Source: Camelus dromedarius (lineage: Eukaryota). Taken from it: a stretch of 64,000 bases of DNA. The position numbers and the translations under genes are program-made. Below, piece by piece: positions 9,999 through 21,659 of the stretch. The notes below the pieces were generated by a model. The model was given only the letters and a program-made list of their open reading frames with translations. It was not told the origin of the DNA and ran no database searches. The DNA is taken from NCBI RefSeq assembly GCF_036321535.1, contig NC_087436.1, forward strand, positions 35,776,001-35,840,000, read 5' to 3'. Within the stretch, counting starts at the first letter, position 1; every line of letters begins with the position of its first letter.

Positions 9999-12047
9999 GG
10001 CCGAAGCAGGGACGAGGGGCCAAGTGGTGCAACCCGGCCGGGGTCCCGGTGCGGGCGGCGATGTGCACGCGCCGCATCAACCGCGGCGGGGCGGACGGCG
10101 AGGCATGGCCCGAACTGCGGCCTCCTCCGCCCCCGCCGCCGCCGCAGGGCAGGAGCGCTCCCCGCGGCCCCCTTCCGGCTGCGGGGGACAATCCTCCGGA
10201 GACTCCGCGCGGCCCGGCGCAGACCTCTCACAGCTCGCGTGCGCCGCGCAGCTCAGTAACATCCACCTCCGGGGCTCTTCTCCTGCAGCCCCTTCCAAGA
10301 GCCAGAAAAATTCCCTGCGGGAGGGCTCTCCGAGTCTCTCTGGAAAGCGAGCTGGGGAGCGGCGGGGAGAAGAGTGCGTGACGGGGCAGCAGACCTGTCG
10401 CGGTGCTCGGGCGAGAGGGCTTCTCGGGTTCCAGTCGCTCCTCGCGGGAAACGCAGGAGTGGCGCCTTCCTGACGCGTGAAAATCCACGTCACGGACGTT
10501 CGAGACTCCGCGGCGCCCGGGACGGGGCTCGAACCGGCGTACCCGGGCGGGTCACGGAGCCGCGCAGGCCCCGGGGAGCACACGCCTGCGAGGCCAAGCC
10601 GCCGCTCCGCCGGGGTGGGGGTGGGTGGGACTTTTTTACCCGCTTTTTTAGGGGTGGTGGTGAAGGGAGCGAGGTTTGGGGGGTTCCTCCTCGGGGAAAG
10701 AGGCGGGGCGTCGTCCCTTGGCCCCCGCGCAGGTCCAGGCACTTTCCCAATCCCGCACGCTAGGCAAGTGGGGGCACGGCGTCCCCGGGAACTCCGCTCC
10801 TGGCAGTCAGCCTCTCCCGGGCAGCGCTCACTCCCAGTCCTCCGACCCTCCTGTTCCACGGCCGAAATGCCTGCTACAGACGATTAGAGATAAAAAGACG
10901 TTAATTTCCCTTTCTTTCCGGGCACTTGGACGCGTAGCGCGTTCCGCCGCCCGGGCGAAGAGTAGAGCGGAGCGGGCCTCTGGCCAGCTCGCCAGCCGCC
11001 CGCACCCGCTGCCATGTGCTGGCTGTTGCTGCTCCCAGTGATTGACAGGCGGGCGCACAGTCGGCGTGTCAGCAGCGAACCAAAGTAACATGCAGTCTTG
11101 CACGTTTTTGCCGAAGTGCTTTTGCCCCTTGGAATGCCTAGAAGTTCAAACAACGTTCAAGCAACGCCTCTGCGCATTGGAAATCAATACACAGAGACGG
11201 GAAATTCAGGTTTTAAACAATTGCTTCGCTCAGGATTCGGTCACCAACAATGCCTAAACAAACATGCATTTGGTCCACACACTGAGTGCCAGCCCCTCTT
11301 CGGCATAAACCACCCAGTTTTCAACACATTAAACTTATTCGGATATGGGGCGAGGGGGAAGGAAAGGGACCCTACTTTTACTTTTAGTGGTAGCATTTAC
11401 TTTAAGAGCATTAGTTTTAGCAGTGGGAATGCTACTGGTAATTAGAAATGCAACTAGTAATCTTAGGTCTAAAGCGAGTTCAAAGAAATAATCAGTTCCT
11501 TAAAAAAGCCAACATTTCTCACCTAATCTTTCCTAAAATGTCTACGGAAGGAAAGGAAGGAAACAGTTCTTACCTAACGCAAAGATTGGAAATTGCTTTT
11601 CAGGCACATTTACAGCGTATTCCTTATCCAGGGCAGGGAGCTCTGTCGGCTGCTATCACTCTGCAAACCACTGCGAGCCTTACAGAGCAATCCCACTCCG
11701 GCTCCGCAGAATTTCAGCTCGTCGCCTCCACCTCCACCTCCACTCCAGGACACGCCTCCAGTGATATCATGTGTCAATCATACGGCCTGCCTGAAAACCT
11801 GGAACAGGATTTCCCCAACAGTATCCTCTTTCGTTTATGAGTACCCACTTGGAAATGTTGCCTTGTACACTCGTGTAATAAACATCCTCTAAAAATAGGG
11901 ATTGCCTTTAAAAATCCTGCAAATGCGGTCTGTCATAAAGGAATACCTTTAAATTTAGTTAACAATCTTTAGTTATCATTCTCAGTAAAAGGATTGGTGG
12001 ACTCTACCCTTAAAGTTGAATTAGAAAATAATTTTGAAGAATAAAAG

Positions 12048-12124
12048 AAGATTAAAAAGTTGTATATCAAGTCATCACTTCTGAGAAAAGATTAAGAAGT
12101 TGTATATCAAGCTATCACTACTGA
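12048..12124. repeat. Two-copy tandem repeat, period 40 bp
   Basis: AAGATTAAAAAGTTGTATATCAAGTCATCACTTCTGA at 12048 and AAGATTAAGAAGTTGTATATCAAGCTATCACTACTGA at 12088. Confidence 0.9.
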
Positions 12125-15100
12125 TCAGTTAGTGAGAAAATGTATTTTGATATTAAAAAATGATAGTATAACATTACAGTTCCTATTTAAAGCAAAGTTC
12201 AGAATATGTGAAATCTCTTAAGAGTTTGAAAGGTGGCATTCCTTACTGTAAATGTATGTAACAATATGTCATAAAGGTGAAATTTCCTGCTGCACATTTT
12301 ATAATAATTGCTCTATCTTGATTTGTGATATAATTTCCCCAAAATCAATTGTTTAAAATCCCAGACTCCTTCAATTTTGTAATATTTTTGTATAATTCTG
12401 AAAAAAAGTTTATTTTTTATTTTTTAAAACAGTTAAATGGCAATCAATTCAAATAGAAATAATTTACTAATATAATAATTACCATTTTATAATTCTTAAG
12501 CAATATATGATGTGTCACTGAAAAAAAGAGCATTTTAATCAGTAGGAAACTTGCTTTTTGTTTCCTTATAAACGATTAGATTTTAGAGATTTATTATCAA
12601 AATCATGTACTTCATGCTGTAGTGAGGGTAACTATAGGTCAAATTTGAGTTTCCACAGAGAGTTTTAAAAGATACCTAAACCCCAAAAATATAGTAAGTA
12701 GGAGGAAAGGAAATATTTTTTCCAGGTACTACATATCAGAAATAGCTTAAAGTCTTTGACAAAATAGAGCAAACAAAACAAAACTCCAGAAACAAAATTA
12801 TATATAAATCTGAGTATGGAAATTTTCAGTTCAAAGAAATTTTTTAATCTCCTTTTTTACAATAGCAAGTGATTCTTTTGAAACTTTTTTTTTTTTTTCG
12901 ATTCTAGATTTTCAAATGTTTGAGCACTTTTAAAAATTTATTGGAATTACCTCTCAGGACCTTAGGGCATTGATTACTAAGACCGTCCACAACAGTTGCT
13001 TCCTAGAAAATAACATAGAATAAGAACATAGAACATAGAACCAAGAAGCTACCTATTGACTCTCAATGATATAAATTGTAATAAAAGAGTCTGTTTAAAA
13101 GGATAAAAATCAATATTATTGTACATATTTTTAAATTTTTTAATATATCTCATTATATTTGGGAATGTAATGGACTTTAACTATTGATGGGTAAGTTTCT
13201 TGACCATTTTGAATGGGTTTGGAATGGTGAAATCAGAAATAGACTATCCCATCAGACTACCTGATTTGATCCTTCAAAATTGTCTTCTCCACTGTCACCA
13301 CAACTGGGGGATGAGTGGTCAGTTCACCAATATGATAAAACCAGGAGAGGGAGCACTGAACATTTTACTTCCATAAATCCTACAACAATATATTTAAAAG
13401 GTTTCTATTACAAATAAACTATTTCAACCACAGCTGTATTATTAAATTGCAATTTGCATACAATTAAGTATTTTCAAATTACAATAAGATAAAATCCATG
13501 AAATGTTAGCTATAACACCATCATGATGGGTCATGTTCTATTTAGAAATCAAATATGCTGCACAAATGCATCAGTATGCTTTCCTCTAAATACCACGTTA
13601 CAAATAAACAGGTATAGCCTGGCCACCCTGGATCTAAAAGACATTTAACAAAGCCTACCCCTTCTTTTGATTGCCTACAACTATAAGACTTTGTAGAAGT
13701 TCTAAAATTTTAGCTTAAAATAGAAATTGTTCTTTATCTAGATACTTAAGTTGCAATGTATCTTGGCTAGAAATGGATAGAGGACAAAATTTTCCTGAAA
13801 AGGAAAAACAATGTAAATATCCATGGAAAAATATTGCCATAATTTTCAGTTTACTATATTAATATCTAAAAGAACAAGGTGGAATGGAAAGTGAGCCCTG
13901 ACTTGTTCTTCATTTTCATGTGAAAACAAGATTAGCCATTTCTTCTGCTGATTTGATTTTTGAGAAGATAATAAAATGGGGGAAAAAAGTCTGGTAACTC
14001 CTGGCAACTGCTAGTGATTTTAAAAAGAAGAAAAAAGTGTACTGAGACGTTTACCTTACTCATTTATCTACTTTATTTGCCAAAAAAGCAGAACCATAAC
14101 GTGTTCCAAGCTCTTGAAAAATAATACCTTATTAATCTTCCCAGTGTTTCTGTGAAGTCATGATAATAAATGTAATCTTTTATCCTGTTGAGAAACAAAA
14201 TAATCACAGAAATTGGTGAGTTACTCTATACGTATCTAATAAATCAATAAAGAACCAAGAATGAAAACTAAGTCTCTGCTCTCCTTTTAGGGCAAAAGTT
14301 ACTATATTACTGTACTTCCCAAGAAAAGCTGGCAAGGATAAGCCATTTTATTTTCAGTTTCCTTTTGTAAACAATCTTTGTAGTTGACAGAAATAGACCA
14401 ACCTATTCTGTAAATTTTCCATAAACATTCTTTTCATTTTCATAAGCATAATTCTCATCCTTCTGCCCTATTTGAAATACTAATGCTCTGTATTGGTTTC
14501 AAATTCTGGAAGTGGGCAAATCAAACAATACCTTGAGTAAATTACACTGGATAACTTGTAGAATTTCTGTCAGCTCTATAATTCTACAACTAACCATTTG
14601 TGTACTTTGTCACAAGTGATTCTATTATTCTACAAGTTGTAAAAAAAAAAAAGGGATATGTGCATGGAAGGGCACTGAATTAGTGCCCTTCATTCTTAAA
14701 TGTCATGCTCCTTTACAGAGAATCAAAGTGACAAGAGTTCAGTTTGCATCACTACTACATATCAAGATTTTGCTAGTTAAATCCACATGGTAAGGCCGCC
14801 TAAGGAAACACCTTTACCCTAGTACAAAACAGTCTTCATTTCTTATCTACCCAGTTGAAGAATAAATCCTGTCTTCTTCCCTCTTCCACAATGTTAAATG
14901 TTGCCCTCTGAGCCTTGACTTGCTCTTCATTTTCACAACAAGATTAGCCATCTCTTCTGCTGACTTGACTTCTGAAAGTAGGAATGGAATGGCTGTAATA
15001 ATGATCACCTGGTACTAGCTGTGATTTTGGTCAGCAAAAGTTATTAATCTCTCATTTCCACAACAATCTACTGCTAACTTCATCTTCAGAGACAAGTGCA

Positions 15101-15604
15101 TAAGAACCTAGGTTAATTTAAACCTTAACTGCCTCCAAAAATAGAACAGGAAGAAAACAAAATCATGTTTTCATTAAAAGAAAAACAACTTAAAACATCC
15201 CCTGGGGCTTGCTTGCTTTAATCTTTATTTCCTATTGAAATAATCTGTGCCAAAGACTATAGTTTATCCTTTATTTGGGGAAAAAAAGTAGAATATTTAT
15301 TTGATGAAGTGACTCAAGGCATGCTATCTATAAGAATGCCTAATATTGCAAAAAGAAAACACAAAAACTTACAAGACTTTTTTAAAAAAAAAGAATTTAT
15401 CCTTAGAGTTTCCTTGATTTGCAGTTCTCTTGGAGCATTTAAGTTCCATCTATAAAAATATTCCACATGGTCTATAATAATTGATAGGATACATGCATTG
15501 AAAATCTGAGTTTTTGATTATATCATTCTTCTATATCATGGTCTATTAATTTGGCTAATATATTTGCCCATAATGTCCCCATGTCCAATATTACAAGTAT
15601 GAAA

Positions 15605-15830
15605 ATGGCATAGTATAAAGAAAAGCGTACCTGATATAGGGTCAGATGATATGACGTTCAAGTCCCAGCTTTGTCACTTCATAGCTTGGTGCCCCTCACT
15701 TAATTTCTCTCAGCCTGCTTTCTCATCAATAACCTGAAGTTAATAACAATACTTCACCTTCCCAAATCGTAGTCCTACTGTGGACCCAGTGTAATGCAGC
15801 ACTTTGTAAACTTTAAAGTCCCGTATAAAT
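15605..15830 (+). mobile_element. MIR SINE
   Basis: GTTCAAGTCCCAGCTTTGTCACTT...CACTTAATTTCTCTCAGCCTGCTTTCTCATC...GCACTTTGTAAACT. Confidence 0.7.
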
Positions 15831-16230
15831 TCTTGCCATACAGTCTGTTATCACCTCAAACACACTGTATGGTGCAGAAATGTTTCAGGTCCCCTCTTTC
15901 CAGGTGCTCCATCCGCAATAATGAATTTACTTGTCTTATAATTATTTCAAGTTAATTCAGTTTCTACTTTTTGTTTTTCTAAGGCTGAACTCTAAGGTTT
16001 GAATAATTGTACTGCTGTGTATGTGTGTGAGAGAGAGAGAGAACCAGGATTTTGGAGCAGCTATAATTTCAGATTAAGGAATTTAATGAGCCCTGATCAC
16101 CTTAACATTTATCTGAAATTTTTAATTGTTTACATTTTATTTCCTGTTACGATAAAGGTCATTGCAATTATTAAAAATCCCTTCTATAAAACTTGTAAAC
16201 TCTTTGTGATCATTAAGAGTAAATAAAGAA

Positions 16231-16300
16231 CACCAGAAATTGACACAACATTGCGAACTGATTATACTTCAATTAAAAAAAAAGTTAACACCCTTTAAAA
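16231..16300 (+). mobile_element. Extremely 5'-truncated young L1 3' end (70 bp) with a 16-bp target-site duplication
   Basis: CACCAGAAATTGACACAACATTG...ATACTTCAATT(A)n resembles the terminus of the L1 at 35347-36095. It is flanked by exact AAGAGTAAATAAAGAA at 16215-16230 and 16301-16316. Confidence 0.85.
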
Positions 16301-16607
16301 AAGAGTAAATAAAGAAAATGCATGTCTTTAAAAAGTAATTAAATAACATTTTAAAAGTTGAAAATAAGTAAAAAGGTAGAAAATGGATGATTCTTCTATA
16401 TATTTTCAAAAAGTATGTTTACTGCTTCTTTTTGATAACCTCTTAGAATGTTAATTTTGATAATAAATACAGGAGATTTGGTAGCAGACATAGTTCCTGT
16501 CAATTACTAGAGTACTATGTGAGTCTTAATGTCTCATAGTAAGTTTTTAAGTGATGGTAGGGGTATTTCATACAGCCAAAGCATTTCAACTAAACAAAAA
16601 CCCTGCG

Positions 16608-16626
16608 ACGCGCCACCTGTTGTTGA
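16608..16626 (-). promoter_or_regulatory. CTCF-like motif about 5.5 kb beyond the SPRY1 CpG island
   Basis: The minus strand reads TCAACAACAGGTGGCGCGT. Three CpGs are clustered here in otherwise AT-rich DNA. Confidence 0.5.
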
Positions 16627-18829
16627 AAATAAGTCATTTCAAATTTCAGTCAGGAAAAATGCACTTGAGTCTTGGATTTAGGTATTTATGTTGGTCATTG
16701 TTTTACATTTTCCCCCTAAAGTTATAATATTGAGATATGAGTTAGGATGTTAGTTGTCAATAAAAATGCAAAAGATGCATTATATACACTGGATACTTCC
16801 TGAGGAATCTGAAAGACATAAAAACATTGTGTCTATCTGAAGTTAACAATTTCAATGGTGAAAATAATGAAGTGATATTGACTTTTAACCAACGTATTAA
16901 TTACATTTTTTATTTTATGAACTGTTATGAAGGGAAGAAAATCTTGCTAATTAATCTATGACACAATAGTTTTCTTATCACTCAGAGTTACACTTACTGA
17001 AGGGGTTTGTAAATGATGATTTACACACAGATTTTATCATATTTCATTCCTGGGCACGCATGAAAAGGAAAATCTAAGTAAAATAAATTAATTAATGTTC
17101 ATAAAACTTCCTCACAGAGTCCAATTCTTCTGAATCACCTTTTGATGCAGTCATCAGTGCTAGTGTTTTTCTACACAGCATAACGCTCTATCAAGGGCCC
17201 TGGGCGGCAGTTCTTAAAAGAATGTTCCTTTGTTTTCAGGATTTCTTCTAAGCCATTAACACTTACTCTGCAAGTTTTGATGCTGGAGCATTTTTTATCT
17301 TATCAGTGAGTGCCAATAGAACGTTTTCAGATAATAGCCAGGACTCATCATCTTGCCTCAAATAGTTCATAAATAGTTTCCCAAGTCAAACTGGAGAGGG
17401 TGCAGTGGTCCAGTCATGCAGCCGGGAATAACAACCACAGTTGTGCATAGGCAGACGATAACCACCTCATGGCAGGCAGTAACTGTAAGAAGCGTTCCGA
17501 TTTCAGCGGCATTAAAATGTGCATCTTGAAATTGATGAATTACAACGGCAAGCATTTCATCCTTAAAATAATCTTGTGTTTTCCTTATCGAGCCTTTGTA
17601 CATAAGATGCACAAGGAAGTTTAGTGGTTTTTCCAAGATTACCCAGCTGGTAACTGGTAGAACAAGGATTTGAACCTAGGTATACAGAGATGAGGGCGAG
17701 AAAGTTGGCTGCTAGAAAAAAAAGTAGACAGGAAAGGAGAGCTGAAATGCTATGATGACAGGGCATTTCATTGAACATCTGCCACCAGCCTACTGTTGAT
17801 GTTCCCAGAGCTCCTTGGCTTTTAAGGTAGCCCAATTATACTGTTTCTTTTCTTAAATTCCCATGAAATTCTCAGCTCTCTTTTCACCATCTTTGCTTGG
17901 GGTGGTCTGATTCAGTCTCTGTGCCTTACAACCAGTAATCCTAATAAATGTGAGCATGGAACTCTGGCTGAGAGAATTGAGAATTTTCACAGAGGAGGGC
18001 ACACGGGGCTTAGATTTGTTGAATAGCCGGCAAAGTTGGGACAGTGGGAGGGGAGTCAGGGATGACATTTTAGAAGAGCTAAATATGTGTGCAAAGGTAC
18101 AAATCACAGAATAATCATCGCACATCTGGGGAGGATCTTAAGGCATTCAAAGTTGTTAAAGCAGGAAGTAAGGACGTGGAAGAAACAGAAGACTCGGTAG
18201 GAAAGCAGGGGTCAGAGCACAGGGGGACAACAGGCCTAAGGAAATGGAATGCTATCTGGTAGAAGAGTGGTTCCTAAACTTGTTTTAGCGGTGACCTATT
18301 TTTTCCAAAAAAAATTCTATATGAAATTCTAAAATATGTAAGAGATAAAGTGGTACTGCCCCGAAGAAGCAGGGATGGAGTAAGGGGAGGAGACACTCCA
18401 AAAGCAGCTTCACACAACACAGCTTGAAATCCATTTCTAGAGCCAAAATACCTGACCAGAGGAGTAACATGAGAAAGTAAAGAGGATGCAGGGGCAGAGT
18501 TGATCATTGCTCTTGGCCACTAGGGAGCTGCTGCAACCAACCAGGGGAAAGGCTGAGAAATGCAGAATGCCCTGTTTTAGTCAGGATTAGACTGCAAGGG
18601 AAGTGTAAGTGAAGAGGGATTTCTTATCCACGTACAGCTGACAACCTCACAAGTATCTGAGGACAGAAAACAAAGTAAAATGAATTATACACAAACTGGA
18701 ACTCGGAAGACACAGAGTGATGGTAGATGCCTTTTTTTTTTTTTTTTGGCATGTTTTTTGATGAGTTTACATAATAATGGATATGTAAGCTTGTTTCCCA
18801 CTATATTAATATTATAAAATAATGGTAAT

Positions 18830-19070
18830 CTATAATAGCTTCTATGTTATATATAATTTTATTGTCTGCCAGTCTCTCTGCTAAGAATTTTATATGCACC
18901 ATGTCTTTTAATCCATACAAAAATCATCTTAGTTAAGCATTCTGATTACAGAAGATGATGCTGGATGCTCTGAGAGATCAAGTAATGTTCCCAAAGCTGC
19001 ACAACTGACAAAGTGACAAAGCTCAGGTTTGAAAATAGATTTGTCTAAGTCTAGAACACCAGCTCTTGAT
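18830..19070 (-). mobile_element. MIR SINE
   Basis: TTTAATCCATACAAAAATC...CTGAGAGATCAAGTAATGTTCCCAAAGCTGCACAACTG...GGTTTGAA...TGTCTAAGTCTAGA. Confidence 0.65.
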
Positions 19071-19711
19071 TCTAGTATTTTAAAACCCTCCAAAAACATT
19101 ATTTAAATAAATGCTGCTAGTCCATTGTATGAATATATTACAATTTACTTAAATATTCCAGTTCTAAATTTCAAAAGAAAAAGCACAGATTTCCATGGTA
19201 CTGGGTCTCAACTCTGATATCAAGATTTCTTGAGACTGGTTTTCACTGTCTTGCCAGGTGCCACCCTGCCCCAACCCTGCCTGCCAAACCATATGTAGTG
19301 GAAACAATGATGTCCTGGGGATGGGAAATTTCTCACATCAAAGACCATCTATCTGGAGCTTAGGTGTCTCTGGTTTCTCATCTACACATCTTTCTTTTAC
19401 TTTGCCCATCCTAAGGAATTTTCAGGGAATTTCATATGCAATACACTTGTGAGGCGACTCACAAGCACAAGCCACACTCCTGAAGAAAACTTCTTCCTTC
19501 AGGGCCCTTCATGTACATGTGCTTGTTAGTGGTCAAAGCACAATACTTAAGATGCCAAATTCACCTTTGAATTCAACATTCAATAATTCAACACCTTTGA
19601 ATTATTTTTGTGAAACCTAATACAGGAAACAACCAGAAGGTTCAATCAAGAGACACGTGGAAGTAAAAAGAAAGATGCTCTTCCCCTTATTAACCACCCC
19701 CAGCTGCCCAC

Positions 19712-19714
<3 letters not shown>

Positions 19715-19751
<37 letters not shown>
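19715..19751. repeat. (AC)n microsatellite
   Basis: Uninterrupted AC run of about 18 units. Confidence 0.97.
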
Positions 19752-19753
<2 letters not shown>

Positions 19754-21659
19754 TTAAGTGTAAAAAACATGCCAGCACTGGTAACCAGAAACAGGAAACA
19801 GAGTTCCAGTGTAGATGACATGAAACCTAAATCAGGAATAAGTGAAATTTACCTGAGTGTGAGATGCAATTCCTGAGAGGATTTCTTCCTCAGGTAGTTA
19901 ATTTGCTCGCCCTCTCTCCATTTAACAGTTCTAACCAAGAGAGCATGATGATGAATACACAAACATGATGATTATGAGATGCTGTAAAATGTTTTCCATG
20001 TAGCACTAAAATACGTGAGCAATCTGTTTTTTTCTGACGCAAAGGGATATGATATAAGCCCTTTCTCTTGTGCCATGCCACTGGTGGTGTCTTTATGAAG
20101 ATGTAACCAGAGAAATGGGATGTTCAGCCTCCCCTGTGATTTAGACCTTTCCTCTCCCATCTTTAATTGCCTACATTCTCACCAAAGGAAAATCATTAAG
20201 CATTTAGAACCATTGCATTGGCCTTGAAATGTTTTACATTATGTGATTTGTCAAGCAAGAAGCATTTCCTGCCTCTAAGAGATTTGTGTTGAATAATAAA
20301 GACTACACCAAGTAAAATGCTTATTAAAAATGAGGAAAAAGCAAATGTCCAGAGATGTTTTTTAAATGAGTGTCTGGTTTTACTTTTGGCATGCATTTGC
20401 ATCTTTTTCAAGCTTTATCTTTAATTTTACACAGAAAACCTCATTAACATACAGTGTGGATTAGCCTCCCTGCCATATTAATTTGCTTGCCCCGGATACA
20501 TGTGGTCACATGCACTCTGGGACTTTGGCTTTGCAGGTGAAGGAAGTGAAGGAGGCAAAGGAGAGGGAAAATGAAATGCAGGAAGAGGGAGAGGGGTGTC
20601 TTAACTGTCTAAACACTAAATTTCACTTAAAAAGAGATGTAGGCTTATGCCTACATATTAAAGACTACATATTAAAGACTAAAGGTTCAAAAGGAGTAAA
20701 ATTAAACTCAAAGTAGTGTATACTCCCATAATTGTTTAATATAGTCATTCTCAGGTCTACCTTCTCTTTTGAACTATGAACTTTCTACTGAACAAGAATC
20801 ACAAATACCAGGTCTGAGTTATTACGAGCTCCAAAATGGATTCTGAATTAATAAGATTGGAATTAATCACAGAACAAGGAATAGGAAGAAATTTGATGCT
20901 GGGGCAGGAGTTTAACGAATGAGGGGCACTGCGCTCAATGACAACATGCCATTTGATGGGTGTATTTTTACAAGGCTCTGTGCAAACAGCACTAATCGGG
21001 CTCCTCCCCAGTTCACTGTGACAGTAAAGGTTGTGAGCACACATCACTGCAGCAATCCTTATTTGTTAGAGGAGACCATGGGTTGAAACTGTTCTTTATG
21101 TAGCAGTGTCATAGGAAGTTTCTGCGGTTAGGTTGGTTTAAAAGATACTAGGTTCGTCTACACTGGTGTCCTAACAGATATTCAGCACAAAGCTGTTCTT
21201 TTCATTTATGGACAGAGTCTGTAACTTAATAAGCAACTGTTACACAGTTAGGGATTTTATCATCATCATTACCTGATGCAGATTTGTAATACAATTTGAT
21301 ATTTTAGAAAGGCTTTTTGATCATTTTCTAGGCTCATTCCAATGTTGAGAAGTAAGCTGAAGGTACCACTACATTTTACTTAAAAACTGAGACATAAAAA
21401 TCAAAGTGAATTCAGTGAATCTTAACTAATACAAAAGTTTAGGAAAAAAACAGTAATTGAGCTTCCAATCTGCTGTTTATCTGCCTAGGCATGCTAATAT
21501 TCTTTAAAAGTGGATAAATTGTATGTTTCATTATTAAGGCCCACACAATATTCAAAATGATGATCAAAGTCTCCTTACAAGAGAATAGCCTATTTTTTCC
21601 CTAAGGTGAATCATGTGGAGTATGACTCCACTGCTCTTTCTAAATTATTAAAAATCTCT

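Larger units (their letters stand above)
8950..11180. promoter_or_regulatory. SPRY1: CpG island / SPRY1 promoter and non-coding 5' exons
   Basis: Very GC- and CpG-rich ~2.2 kb block upstream of the coding exon, with GC boxes and E2F-, ETS- and CRE-like motifs, set in AT-rich flanks. Confidence 0.93.

Noticed and set aside
9100..11153. Many long overlapping ORFs (up to 260 aa) on both strands
   Set aside because: These R/G/P/A-rich frames are expected from stop-codon depletion in a CpG island.
13012..13041. AACATAG short repeats; similar micro-duplications at 49350-49383 and 56556-56590
   Set aside because: These look like ordinary slippage products with no sign of function.
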